Shown here in pieces: positions 35,763 to 45,290 of a DNA stretch of 64,000 bases. Location: positions 608,001 through 672,000 of the forward strand of contig NZ_JAQNDL010000004.1 in NCBI RefSeq assembly GCF_028368995.1. Reading direction: 5' to 3'. A program made the position numbers and the translations under genes. Each line of letters begins with the position of its first letter. Positions within the stretch are counted from its first letter, which is position 1. Origin of the DNA: Nannocystis bainbridge (GTDB lineage: Bacteria; Myxococcota_A; Polyangia; Nannocystales; Nannocystaceae). A model generated the notes under the pieces. That model was given only the letters and a program-made list of their open reading frames with translations, was not told the DNA's origin and made no database searches.

Positions 35763-38700
35763 GCGACCTGGCCGACGAGCTGCGGGCCGGCGGGGAGGTC
35801 GACTCGCAGGGGCGCTTCACGCTCGACCGGGCGCAGGCGCGGGCGAAGATGCAGAAGTTTCAGCTCGACGACGCGCGCCGCTATGTGCTCGAGCTGGTGC
35901 AGGCGGCGGTGATCCGCGGGGCGACGAGGATCGGGTTCGACATCGACGCCGACGACATGCGGATGCGCTTCGACGGGCGGCCGTTCTCGCGGGCGGAGCT
36001 CGAGGAGCTGTGGGGCTCGATCTTCGCCGACGGCGACGAGGCCGACCTGCGCGGGCTCCGGCAGCTGGCGCTCGGCCTCAACGCGGCGCTGGGGCTGGTC
36101 CCGAAGCAGATCGTGGTGCGCAGCGGGACGACGCGGCTGCGGCTGGCGCCGGGCAAGGAGGACGCGCTGACGGAGGCCGAACCGGCGATCGCGGAGACGA
36201 CGATCCACGTCGAGAAGCGGCTGCGCCTCGGGCTGATGGTGGCGTTCTTCCACGACCTGCGCGGGAGCCTGGGCGAGGAGGTGTACCTGCGCGAGCGCTG
36301 CGTCTACGCGCGGGTGTCGATCACGCTCGACGGCCAGCCGATCGCGTCCGGGCCGCGGGTCCCGCACGCGATGCTGCGGCTCGAGCTGGCGGAGCCGGGG
36401 CTGACGGGGATGCTGGCGCTGCTGCCGGGCGAGGCGCCGGCGGAGGTGCGGCTGGTGAAGGACGGGGTGTGGATCGATACGCACCCGCTCGAGGGCGTGG
36501 GGCCGGGGATCCTGGCGATCGTCGAGGCGGAGGCGCTGCGCAAGGATGTGTCGATGGCGAAGATCGTCGCCGACGCGGGGTTCGAGCAGGTGGTGGGGCT
36601 GGTGCGCGCGGTTCGCTGGACGCTGCTGGCGCGCGCGGCCGCGGCGGTCCTGGCGGGGGAGATCCGGCCGGAGTCGGTGATGCCGCGGATCCGCGAGGAG
36701 GCGCTGCAGTTCATGAAGCTCCGCGACCTCCGCAAGCGGGCGGAGGTGGAGCCGCTGGCCCGGGCGATCACGTGGATGGACGCGAGGACATGTTCTACGG
36801 GACATGTCGAAACGGTCACGTTGGCGGGGCTGACCGAGGCGGTGACGGCCCACCCGGAGAGCGAGGGCCGCGTGCTGCGCTTCGCGACGAGGACGTACGC
36901 GGCGCTCAAGGCGGAGGGGCGGCCGATCCCGCGGCTGTCCCGCAAGGACGCGGACCGGCTGGCGCGGCTGCTGGGGTGCGAGGTGATCGCGGTCGACGAG
37001 GCGCTGGCGGCGGCGCAGCTGCGCGAGCAGGCGCGCGAGGCGTGGCTGCAACGGCGGTCGCCGGCGCGGCTGCGAGAGGGCGGTTATGTGGCCCGCGCGA
37101 CGCTGACGCCAGGGTCAGCGAGCCGCGGCGAGGTGGGGATCGCGGCGGAGGCGGTGACGGGCGGGGCGACGGGGGGGCGGCTGTCGCTGATCACCGAGGG
37201 CTGTCTGCTGCGCCGGGTCGAGGTCGAGTGGGGTGTGGCAGGGCTCGATCTGGTGATCGAGGCTCCGTTCACGCCGAGCGAGCTGTTCGACGACGCGGTC
37301 CGCGATGCGACGCTGGTCGAGGCGGTGCTGGCGGGGCTGGGGGCGTTGGCGGAGCCGCTGGCGGAGCTGGCCGAAAGGACAGGCGAGGCGAGGGGCGCGG
37401 GCGAGGTGCGCGGGCTGGTGAAGGGGTGGCTGCTGCTGGCGCTCGACGCGGAGACGCGAGCGGCGCTGTGGCAGCGGCTCGGGGTGCCGGAGGCGCTGTG
37501 GCCGGAGGCAGAGGCGGTGGCGAGGTGGTTGCCGTCGGCGGATCCGCTGCGCGCGAGCGAGGGGCGGCTGGCGTCGCTGATGCAGGTGCCGCTGTTCGAG
37601 GACTTCGACGGGGCGCGGCGATCGATCGAGGAGCTGGCGCGCCGCTTGGAGCGAGTGGGGCGGATCGAGGCGATCGAGCGCTCGGAGGCGCCGGAGCCGT
37701 CACTCGGCCGCGAGATCGCGTGGCTGGGCCGCGGCGACCGCAAGATCCTGGCAGGGCTGCTCGGCGGGGAGGCGATGCTGCAGTCGTGGGCGCCGACGCT
37801 GGCGGTGCGCCGACGCGAGCGCCAATTCTGGGCCCAGGAGGCGCGCTCGCAGGCGGAGTCGATGCGCGCGGCGGAGGAGGCGGCGCGGGTGGTGGGGCTC
37901 GATCCGGGCTTGTGGTGCCTGGCGTGGCGCGAGGAGGAATTGGAATTGGTGCTGACGCTGCACCCGCCGGCGACGCCGTTCCGGCTGGCGAGGGAGGTCG
38001 AGCCGGCGACGGTGGAGCTGCGGTTCGAGGGCCGCCCGTTGACGACGCGCACGCTGGCGGCGGGCTTCGGACCGATCACGGCGGTGGCGACGACGAGGTC
38101 GTTGCGCCCGAACGCGAGCTGGGACGAGGTGGCGGACGAGGCGGTGGTGGCGACGGTGACGGAGGGGCTGCGTCGGGCCGCGTGGGCGCTGGTGGCGGGG
38201 GTGATCGAGCGCTGGATGAGCGGCGCGGGGGTCGGCGATTCGACGTGGACATGGCTGCGTGAGCAGCTGCTGGCCCGCCTGACCGCTTCGACGCGAGCGG
38301 AGGTGATGGCAGCGGCGCCGCGGGTGCTGGAGGTGCCGCTGTTCGCGACGCTGGGCCCGCGGGTGCTGAGCCTGGCGGAGGTGGAGGCGGTGGTGGCGGC
38401 GGAGGGACAGATCGGCTGGGTGCCGCGGACGATGCCGGGGGCGTCGCTGCCGGAGCCGCCGATCGTGCGCGAGGATCCGCCGACGATCGCGGCGCTGCGG
38501 CGATGGTTGGGCGAGGCGCGCGTGGTCGACGGCGGGGAGCGGGTGCGGTCGCAACGACTGGCGCGACGCCTGGTGGATCTGCCGGCGATGACTTCGCTGA
38601 AGCTGGATCCGTCGCGGGTGTGGGCGACGACGTCGCTGGCGAACGAGAAGGGCGAGGTCGAGGGCGAGGTGGGGCTGCGCCGCGAGGACGGGGCACCGAC

Positions 38701-40315
38701 GCTGCAGATCGAGCTGGGGCTGGACGGGCGGAAGATCGGGGAGTTCGTGCACGAGGACGCACCGGCGCCGCTGCTGGCGATCGCGTGCGATCGATCGCTG
38801 CCGCTGACGACGGAGGGCGAGGTCGAGGTCGGCAGCAAGCGCTACCAACAATTGCTGCGGCGCTGCCGACGGGCGGCGACAGGGATGATCGTGGGGCTGT
38901 GCGATCGCTATGCGTCGCTGCCGAACGACGAGCGGTCGTCGGCGCGGGCGCTGCTGCTGGAATACGCAGGGCGACGGCTCCGGCGGGCGCGGCAGGACGG
39001 GTCGGAGCCGGGCCGCGGGGTGGAGGCGGTGAAGGGGCTGCCGCTGCTGATCGATGTGTGGGGGACGCCGTGCTCGCTGGCAGAGATCGAGGGGGCGGGG
39101 AATGGGGTGTTCGAGGCGGTGACGCGCGGGGTCGAGGCGCCGCCGCAGGAGGCCAGGGCGACGCGCAGGGTCGTGGTGGTCGACGCGGCGGCGCGTGGGT
39201 GCCTCGAGGCGATCGGGGAGGTGAAGCTGCTCGATGCGCGCTGGGAGGAGGTGCTGGCGGGGCTCCGGGCGCTGGTGGCAGCGCCGCAGTGCACGCTGCC
39301 GGATCTGCGCGAGGTGGCGTGGGTGGCTCGCAAGGCGATGATCGCAGGCGGGCTGGAGGCGTACCTGTGGATCCCTCGGGCGCCGCGGCGGGAAGACTCG
39401 GTGGCGCTGGCGGTCGGTGGACGCGAGGTGGGCCGCTTCACGCCGGTGCTGCCGTGCGCGGGGATCGTGAGCGGGGCGAGCCTGGCGGGAGAGCCGGGCG
39501 CGAGCCGGCTGGAGGCGCGGCAAGTCAGTAGCCTGGCGAAGCAGGTGTGCCGGCTGTACGAGGCGCTGGCGAAGCAGGTGAAGACGGGCGGACGCCTGAA
39601 GGCGAGCGAGCGCGATGCGGCCGCGCAGTGGCTGGCGCAGGTGGATGCGATGCTGGGGAGCGTGGAGGAGCCAGCGGAGGTGGGGAAGGCGCTGACGGAG
39701 CTGAAGGCGGCGCTTGCAGAGTGCGTGCCGCCGGGGCTGCGAGAGGCGCGGGCGCAGGCGGAGGCGTCGCGGCGACGCGAGGCGGAGGAGCGGAGAGAGA
39801 GCGAGGCGAGGGAGGCGGGGCTCGGCGAGGAGCGGGTGAGGGAGGCGGGGCTTCGGGAGCAGCAGGGGCGCGAGCAAGAGTTGCGCGAGGAGGCAGCGGC
39901 ACGGCAGGGTGGTGATGCGGCGAGGCCGGACAGCGGGATGAAGTCGAGGGGGGCGCCGAAGCCGACGCCGGAGCAACAACTGCTGGCGCTGGTCCGCGCG
40001 GAGCTGGAGTGGGCTCGCGCGCGCCACGGGTCGGCGCTCGAGCAGCTGCGGCTGGACCGCCTGGCCATCGGGACAGGTCGAGAGGCAGGCATCGCCCGCT
40101 TCGATGGCGGGATCGTGCTACAGCAGCGTCACTCGCTGATCGCCCGCGCGCTGACGCGACTGGCCATCGAGGAGGCGCCCGATCCGGTCGACATGGTGTT
40201 CGTGATGGCGCACGTGTATACGCTGATGAACGAGGTGGCGGAGGGGATCGAGGCGCACGACGAGCAAGCGTTCGTGGCGCGGCTGGCAGAAGGGCTGGCG
40301 GCAGGGCTGGGGTGA
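35741..40315 (+). CDS. Large (1524 aa) protein with degenerate N-terminal GHKL/Hsp90-like domain
   Basis: Overlaps the upstream ATPase by 22 bp. Begins DSQGRFTLDRAQARAKMQKFQL...YVLELVQAAV (N-box Asn missing) and has repeated internal modules and a coiled-coil linker. Confidence 0.75.
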   Translation: MAKDGRLSDLADELRAGGEVDSQGRFTLDRAQARAKMQKFQLDDARRYVLELVQAAVIRGATRIGFDIDADDMRMRFDGRPFSRAELEELWGSIFADGDEADLRGLRQLALGLNAALGLVPKQIVVRSGTTRLRLAPGKEDALTEAEPAIAETTIHVEKRLRLGLMVAFFHDLRGSLGEEVYLRERCVYARVSITLDGQPIASGPRVPHAMLRLELAEPGLTGMLALLPGEAPAEVRLVKDGVWIDTHPLEGVGPGILAIVEAEALRKDVSMAKIVADAGFEQVVGLVRAVRWTLLARAAAAVLAGEIRPESVMPRIREEALQFMKLRDLRKRAEVEPLARAITWMDARTCSTGHVETVTLAGLTEAVTAHPESEGRVLRFATRTYAALKAEGRPIPRLSRKDADRLARLLGCEVIAVDEALAAAQLREQAREAWLQRRSPARLREGGYVARATLTPGSASRGEVGIAAEAVTGGATGGRLSLITEGCLLRRVEVEWGVAGLDLVIEAPFTPSELFDDAVRDATLVEAVLAGLGALAEPLAELAERTGEARGAGEVRGLVKGWLLLALDAETRAALWQRLGVPEALWPEAEAVARWLPSADPLRASEGRLASLMQVPLFEDFDGARRSIEELARRLERVGRIEAIERSEAPEPSLGREIAWLGRGDRKILAGLLGGEAMLQSWAPTLAVRRRERQFWAQEARSQAESMRAAEEAARVVGLDPGLWCLAWREEELELVLTLHPPATPFRLAREVEPATVELRFEGRPLTTRTLAAGFGPITAVATTRSLRPNASWDEVADEAVVATVTEGLRRAAWALVAGVIERWMSGAGVGDSTWTWLREQLLARLTASTRAEVMAAAPRVLEVPLFATLGPRVLSLAEVEAVVAAEGQIGWVPRTMPGASLPEPPIVREDPPTIAALRRWLGEARVVDGGERVRSQRLARRLVDLPAMTSLKLDPSRVWATTSLANEKGEVEGEVGLRREDGAPTLQIELGLDGRKIGEFVHEDAPAPLLAIACDRSLPLTTEGEVEVGSKRYQQLLRRCRRAATGMIVGLCDRYASLPNDERSSARALLLEYAGRRLRRARQDGSEPGRGVEAVKGLPLLIDVWGTPCSLAEIEGAGNGVFEAVTRGVEAPPQEARATRRVVVVDAAARGCLEAIGEVKLLDARWEEVLAGLRALVAAPQCTLPDLREVAWVARKAMIAGGLEAYLWIPRAPRREDSVALAVGGREVGRFTPVLPCAGIVSGASLAGEPGASRLEARQVSSLAKQVCRLYEALAKQVKTGGRLKASERDAAAQWLAQVDAMLGSVEEPAEVGKALTELKAALAECVPPGLREARAQAEASRRREAEERRESEAREAGLGEERVREAGLREQQGREQELREEAAARQGGDAARPDSGMKSRGAPKPTPEQQLLALVRAELEWARARHGSALEQLRLDRLAIGTGREAGIARFDGGIVLQQRHSLIARALTRLAIEEAPDPVDMVFVMAHVYTLMNEVAEGIEAHDEQAFVARLAEGLAAGLG

Positions 40316-40453
40316 GCGGGGTGAGAGAGGTGCGGGGTGCGGCGGGAGGTCTGGTCTCGTCGGGGTCGTGGATGAAGTTGGGTTGCACTGTCCGGGGCGG
40401 GAGCTCGGGCTCGTTTGGGCGGTGGACAGCACGAACGAGATAGTTGCAGTGCT

Positions 40454-42028
40454 TCACGGGTCCTCGATGCAGTAGAGGGAAGAAGCGCTGGAGCAGGGGA
40501 CTACACCTCCCGAGTTTGTCCAGGTCCCGTCTGTCGCGTTCGTCTTGCCGAAGGCCCCTGAGAAATCCAGTGTCAGGTTGTTCCAGCCGTCGCAGTGGTC
40601 ATCGCCAGCGCTGGTACCATCGGCCTTAGTGTTCGTCCAAGGGGCGCTGGAAGCCTGCATGTTCAGCTCGGTCAGATCGACGGGGTGCAGCAGCTCGCCG
40701 TCAGTTAGGTCGGCCCAACCATTCTCCGCCACCGGAGTGCCGTCGATCAACACGTACGCTCCCTGATACTGAGTGTCGAGCCGATTCGCGGGCGAGGTGC
40801 CCAGGGTCGACAGCCAGGCCTTAAAGCTGGCCGCATTCGGGAGCCCGGCAGAGGTCGCCGCTGCCACGCACTTCATGTCCGCACCGCCAATGGCGCCGAG
40901 GTTGCCTTTGAATCCGGCGCTGGTGACGAAGAGGATGCGGCGGGGTTTGAGGCAGGTATTGGAGCAGGCGTCGGTGTCGATGTCGTTGCCGTCGTCGCAC
41001 TCTTCTTCGTCGGTCCAGACGATGTTGTCGCCGCAGGTGGCGGGCTGGCAGGCGTTGGTGCAGGCGTCGGTGTCGACGTCGTTGCCGTCGTCGCACTGTT
41101 CTTCGCCGGTCCAGAGGATGTCGTCGCCGCAGGTGGCGGGTTGGCAGGCGTTGGTGCAGGCGTCGGTGTCGATGTCGTTGCCGTCGTCGCAGGTCTCGCC
41201 GGGGCCGAGCTGGCCGTCGCCGCAGGCGCTGGCTTCGCAGAGCTCGTTGCAGGGCTTGTCGGGGCCGTTGTCGGGGCCGTCGTCGCACTCCTCTTCGCCG
41301 GCCCAGAGGAGGCCGTCGCCGCAGGTGGCGAGGGCGCAGGTGTCGAGGCAGGCGTCGGTGTTGTCGTCGTTGCCGTCGTCGCAGACTTCGCCATCCTCCT
41401 GGACGCCGTTGCCGCAGGTGGGCTCGGAGCAGTCGTCGGGGCAGGTGAGCATGGACTCGCCGGGGCCGCAGAGCCCGTCGCCGCAGACGCAGGCGGCGCC
41501 TTCGCAGGGCTCGCAGTCGCGGGGGCAGGTGGTGTCCTCGCCGGCCTGGCAGAGGCCGTCGCCGCAGAGGTCGGTGCAGTCGTCGGGGCAGACGGCGGCG
41601 TTTTCGTGGCGGTCGCAGACGCTGTCGCCGCAGGTGCCGGGGTGGCAGTCGACGGGGCAGCGGGCGGGGTCCTCGGCGGGGGCGCAGAGGCCGTCGCCGC
41701 AGCCGAAGCCGGGGAAGTCGCGGGGGCAGGTGGCCTGGGTCTCGCCGGGGTCCTCCTGGCCGTTGCCGCAGGTCTGGAGGCAGGCGGCGACGAAGGTCCA
41801 GTTCTCCTGGGCGTCGCAAACGGCGGCAGCCGGGCCGGTGCCGGTGGCGTCGGTCCAGAGGCAGTCGTCAGGGCAGGAGGTCTGGTTCTCGTCGGAATCG
41901 CAGACGAAGTCGTGGTTGCATGCCCAGGGCGGGTGCTCGGGCTCGCTTGCGCAGGTGATGAGTGCGAGGGCGAAGGGCACGGCCGCGAGGCCGCCGAGCA
42001 TCGATGCGAGAGCGTGGTGCTGCGTCAC
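40454..42028 (-). CDS. Cys-rich repeat (DUF4215 / Myxococcus Cys-rich) surface protein with DUF1554-like C-terminal domain, copy 2
   Basis: GTGA overlap with the upstream stop; CGDG...EECDDGN repeats; C-terminal ILFVTS...GNLG...ADMKC...FKAWLS...LYCIEDP. Confidence 0.85.
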   Translation of the reverse strand: MTQHHALASMLGGLAAVPFALALITCASEPEHPPWACNHDFVCDSDENQTSCPDDCLWTDATGTGPAAAVCDAQENWTFVAACLQTCGNGQEDPGETQATCPRDFPGFGCGDGLCAPAEDPARCPVDCHPGTCGDSVCDRHENAAVCPDDCTDLCGDGLCQAGEDTTCPRDCEPCEGAACVCGDGLCGPGESMLTCPDDCSEPTCGNGVQEDGEVCDDGNDDNTDACLDTCALATCGDGLLWAGEEECDDGPDNGPDKPCNELCEASACGDGQLGPGETCDDGNDIDTDACTNACQPATCGDDILWTGEEQCDDGNDVDTDACTNACQPATCGDNIVWTDEEECDDGNDIDTDACSNTCLKPRRILFVTSAGFKGNLGAIGGADMKCVAAATSAGLPNAASFKAWLSTLGTSPANRLDTQYQGAYVLIDGTPVAENGWADLTDGELLHPVDLTELNMQASSAPWTNTKADGTSAGDDHCDGWNNLTLDFSGAFGKTNATDGTWTNSGGVVPCSSASSLYCIEDP

Positions 42029-43590
42029 GGGTCCTCGATGCAGTAGAGGGGGAAGGCGCCCGAACACGAGTTCGTGTCCGTCGAGTCGGTCCAGCCGGAG
42101 TCGATGGCGAGGGTAGAGCCGTACAGCCCCTTGTTCTGCCCGGAGTTGCTCGTCCAGAAACTGCAGTGGCTGTTGCCTGCGGGAGTCCCGTCGGCCTTGG
42201 TGTTGGTCCACGGGTTACTGTCCAGGAAAGCTCCGCTTTCCGTTATGTCGATGGGCTGGGAGAGAGTCCCGTCTGTGAGGCCGACCCAGCCGTTTTCGGC
42301 GACGGGAGTGCCGTCGACGAGGACGTACATCCCGACGTAGGTCGTATCCATGCGCATAGCGGGCCAGACTTCGTTCGTGGAGATCCAAGCCTTGAAGGTC
42401 ATGGGGTTCGCCAGGCCGGCGGTCATAGCTGCGGTCTGGCACCTGGCGTCGATGGCGCTCAGGAGGCCGAGGTTGCCCTGGTACGCTGTGCTGGTGACGA
42501 AGAGGACGCGGCGGGGTTTGAGGCAGGTGTTGGAGCAGGCGTCGGTGTCGACTTGGTTGCCGTCGTCGCACTCTTCTTCGTCGGTCCAGACGATGCTGTC
42601 GCCGCAGTCGGCGGGCTCGCAGGCGTTGGTGCAGGCGTCGGTGTCGATGTCGTTGCCGTCGTCGCACTGTTCTTCGTCGGTCCACAGGATGTCGTCGCCG
42701 CAGGTGGCGGGTTGGCAGGCGTTGGTGCAGGCGTCGGTGTCGATGTCGTTGCCGTCGTCGCAGGTCTCGCCGGGGCCGAGCTGGCCGTCGCCGCAGGCGC
42801 TGGCTTCGCATAGCTCGTTGCAGGGCTTGCCGGGGCCGTTGTCGGGGCCGTCGTCGCATTCCTCTTCGCCGGCCCAGACGATATTGTCGCCGCAGGTGGC
42901 GGGCTGGCAGGTGTCGAGGCAGGCGTCGGTGTTGTCGTCGTTGCCGTCGTCGCAGGCTTCGCCGGGCTCCTGGACGCCGTTGCCGCAGGCGGGCCCGGTG
43001 CAGTCGTCGGGGCAGGTGAGCATGGACTCGCCGGGGCCGCAGAGCCCGTCGCCGCAGACGCAGGCGGCGCCCTCGCAAGGCTCGCAGTCGCGGGGGCAGG
43101 TGGTGTCTTCGCCGGCCTGGCAGAGGCCATCGCCGCAGAGGTCGGTGCAGTCGTCGGGGCAGACGGCGGCGTTTTCGTGGCGGTCGCAGACGCTGTCGCC
43201 GCAGGTGCCGGGGTGGCAGTCGACGGGGCAGCGGGCGGGGTCCTCGGCAGGGGCGCAGAGGCCGTCGCGGCAGCCGGGGCCGGGGAAATCGCGGGGGCAG
43301 GTGTCCTGGGTCTCGCCGGGGTCCTGCTGACCGTCGCCGCAGGTGTCGAGGCAGGCGGTGACGAAGGTCCAGTTCTCGCGGGCGTCACAGACGGCGGCGG
43401 CGTCGCCCTCGCCGGTGGCGTCGGTCCAGAGGCAGTCGTCGGGGCAGGAGGTCTGGTTCTCGTCAGGGTCGCAGACGAAGTCGTGGTTGCACTGCCAGGA
43501 CGGATCGGTGGCGGCCAGGAACTCGCCGCGGAGGCAGCTCGTGCCGACGAGAGCGAGCGAGAAGGCGAAAAGGAGGTGCTGGCGCGCCAT
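42025..43590 (-). CDS. Cys-rich repeat surface lipoprotein with DUF1554-like C-terminal domain, copy 1
   Basis: Lipobox-like LALVGTSC; same repeat stalk as copy 2; VLFVTS...FKAWIS...LYCIEDP. Confidence 0.85.
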   Translation of the reverse strand: MARQHLLFAFSLALVGTSCLRGEFLAATDPSWQCNHDFVCDPDENQTSCPDDCLWTDATGEGDAAAVCDARENWTFVTACLDTCGDGQQDPGETQDTCPRDFPGPGCRDGLCAPAEDPARCPVDCHPGTCGDSVCDRHENAAVCPDDCTDLCGDGLCQAGEDTTCPRDCEPCEGAACVCGDGLCGPGESMLTCPDDCTGPACGNGVQEPGEACDDGNDDNTDACLDTCQPATCGDNIVWAGEEECDDGPDNGPGKPCNELCEASACGDGQLGPGETCDDGNDIDTDACTNACQPATCGDDILWTDEEQCDDGNDIDTDACTNACEPADCGDSIVWTDEEECDDGNQVDTDACSNTCLKPRRVLFVTSTAYQGNLGLLSAIDARCQTAAMTAGLANPMTFKAWISTNEVWPAMRMDTTYVGMYVLVDGTPVAENGWVGLTDGTLSQPIDITESGAFLDSNPWTNTKADGTPAGNSHCSFWTSNSGQNKGLYGSTLAIDSGWTDSTDTNSCSGAFPLYCIEDP

Positions 43591-43727
43591 CGCTGGATCG
43601 TATGCGAGGGATCCGCGAGGAGCAACGGCGCAAGGCGGCTGGGGGGCCACCAACGCCCGTTGGGGAGGGGGCCAACTGCGGTTGGGTGCTCGCGTTCGTC
43701 GGCGGTTTTCCGTAGACTCGCGGGTCC

Positions 43728-44942
43728 ATGGTCTGCGTCCTCGTGGCCGCTCTCCTGCTGCTGGCGCCCGCCGCCCCGACCGTCGGGCCGCCGGCCGCCG
43801 GCTCGAACGCGCCGTCGAGCGGCGAGGAGCGCCGGGGTCGCGCGCAGGCGGCGTTCGAGCACGGCCGCTTCGCCGAGGCGGCCATCGAGTACGAGTCGCT
43901 CTGGCGCGAAGGACATGGCGCTTCGGACCTGTTCAATGCGGCAGCTTCAAGGTTCGCGCTGCGTCACTACGCGCACGCGGTGGCGCACCTCGAGTCGCTG
44001 CTGGCGCTGTCGTCGTTGACGCCGGCGCAGCGCGAGGAGGCGGCCAACCTGGCGCAGATCGCCCGCGGCAAGACGACGGCGGTGGCGCTGGTGCTGCGAT
44101 CGCCGCGTCCGCTGGCGACGCCGGTGACGGTGACGCTGGCGGTGGTGTCGGCGTTCGCTTCGGATCAACGGCCGGACATCACGAGGACGATCGGGCCCGG
44201 CGACCGCGCGACGCTGGCGCTCGACGCGGGGGTGTGGCGCATCAGCGTCGACGATCCGCGCTTCGAGCCGGTGACGCTCGAGGTGCGGGTGGAGCCGACG
44301 CCGTCGACGACGCCGCAGGTGCTCGATCTGCGGGCCCGGCCCGACGCGCGCGGGCTGCGGCGGTTCGCGCTCGGCTGGGGAACCGCGGGCGCGGTCGGGG
44401 TGGTGGCGGGCGCGGGGCTGCTGGGGGCAGGGCAAGGGCGCTGGTCGTCGCGGCTGGACACGCCGATCGAGGAGTGCACGCCAGGCAACCCGGTCTATCC
44501 GATCGCGGCGTGCCGCGACGCGCTGGCGGGCGCCGGCAACCTGCGCACGGCCGGCGGCGGGGTGCTCGGGGTCGGCGTGGGCGCGCTGGTGGGCGGCTTG
44601 GTGGCGCTGGCTCCGACGCCGCGCGGACGAAAGATCGGGTGGACGGCGACGGCGGTGGTGGGCGGGCTCTCGGCCATCGGTGGGGCGGTCGCGCTCGGGC
44701 TCGGGGTGCAGCAATTTTCGGAGCGCAACGATCGCTCGGCGTGGACAGCGGAGGATCACCGGGCGCTCGGCGGGGCTGCGGCGACGCACACGGTCGGGGC
44801 GGTGTTCGTCGGCCTCGGCGGCGGGCTGCTGGCGAGCTCGGCGACGGGGCTGGTGCTCGAGCGCTCGGGTAAGTTCTTGGTGTCGGCGAGCCCGCAGATG
44901 CGCGTGGGCGGGGCGGGGCTGACGATTCAGGGGCGGTTCTAG
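43728..44942 (+). CDS. Exported TPR-like protein with C-terminal hydrophobic Gly-rich helices
   Basis: Signal peptide, AQAAFEHGRFAEAAIEYE...LFNAA TPR-like helices, a beta domain, and C-terminal GLTIQGRF typical of myxobacterial TPR/PEGA proteins. Confidence 0.7.
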   Translation: MVCVLVAALLLLAPAAPTVGPPAAGSNAPSSGEERRGRAQAAFEHGRFAEAAIEYESLWREGHGASDLFNAAASRFALRHYAHAVAHLESLLALSSLTPAQREEAANLAQIARGKTTAVALVLRSPRPLATPVTVTLAVVSAFASDQRPDITRTIGPGDRATLALDAGVWRISVDDPRFEPVTLEVRVEPTPSTTPQVLDLRARPDARGLRRFALGWGTAGAVGVVAGAGLLGAGQGRWSSRLDTPIEECTPGNPVYPIAACRDALAGAGNLRTAGGGVLGVGVGALVGGLVALAPTPRGRKIGWTATAVVGGLSAIGGAVALGLGVQQFSERNDRSAWTAEDHRALGGAAATHTVGAVFVGLGGGLLASSATGLVLERSGKFLVSASPQMRVGGAGLTIQGRF

Positions 44943-45000
44943 GCGTCGCGTCGTTCGCTCGAGTTCCGCGGTCGATCGAGGCAGTCGGCGTCACGCATGG

Positions 45001-45225
45001 CGGCGCAGGGATCGAGGTCGATCGAACACAAGTGGATCGGCGCCGGCGACTCGATGAAGCGGTAGCATGCCTCGCGGCGCGGGGGTCGAGGTCGATCGAA
45101 CACGGGCGGAGCGGCGCCGACAACTCGATGAGGCGGCAGCACGCGTCGCGGCGCGGGGGTCGAGGTCGACGAACACGGGCGGAGCGGCGCCGACAACTCG
45201 GTGAACCGGCAGCACGCGTCGCGGG
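45001..45225. repeat. Tandem repeat of about 74 bp, three copies
   Basis: CGGCGCGGGGGTCGAGGTCGATCGAACACGGGCGGAGCGGCGCCGACAACTCGATGAGGCGGCAGCACGCGTCG-like units start at 45001, 45075 and 45149, between convergent genes. Confidence 0.85.
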
Positions 45226-45290
45226 GAGCGTGGTGCTTCGAACAAGCTCGCGGCTCCGCGGCCAGCTCAGCCAGGATGGGTGGAGATGCG

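Noticed and set aside
39525-40457. Third coupled gene after the Cys-rich pair (GTGA overlap)
   Set aside because: Low-complexity Pro/Arg translation that mostly overlaps the large + strand gene; the GTG is just the duplicated gene end.
40454-43590. Diversity-generating retroelement targeting the lectin-like tips
   Set aside because: No reverse transcriptase or template repeat in the window, and the differences are not confined to adenines.
45001-45225. 74-bp repeat as a CRISPR array
   Set aside because: The whole unit is repeated; there is no repeat-spacer alternation.
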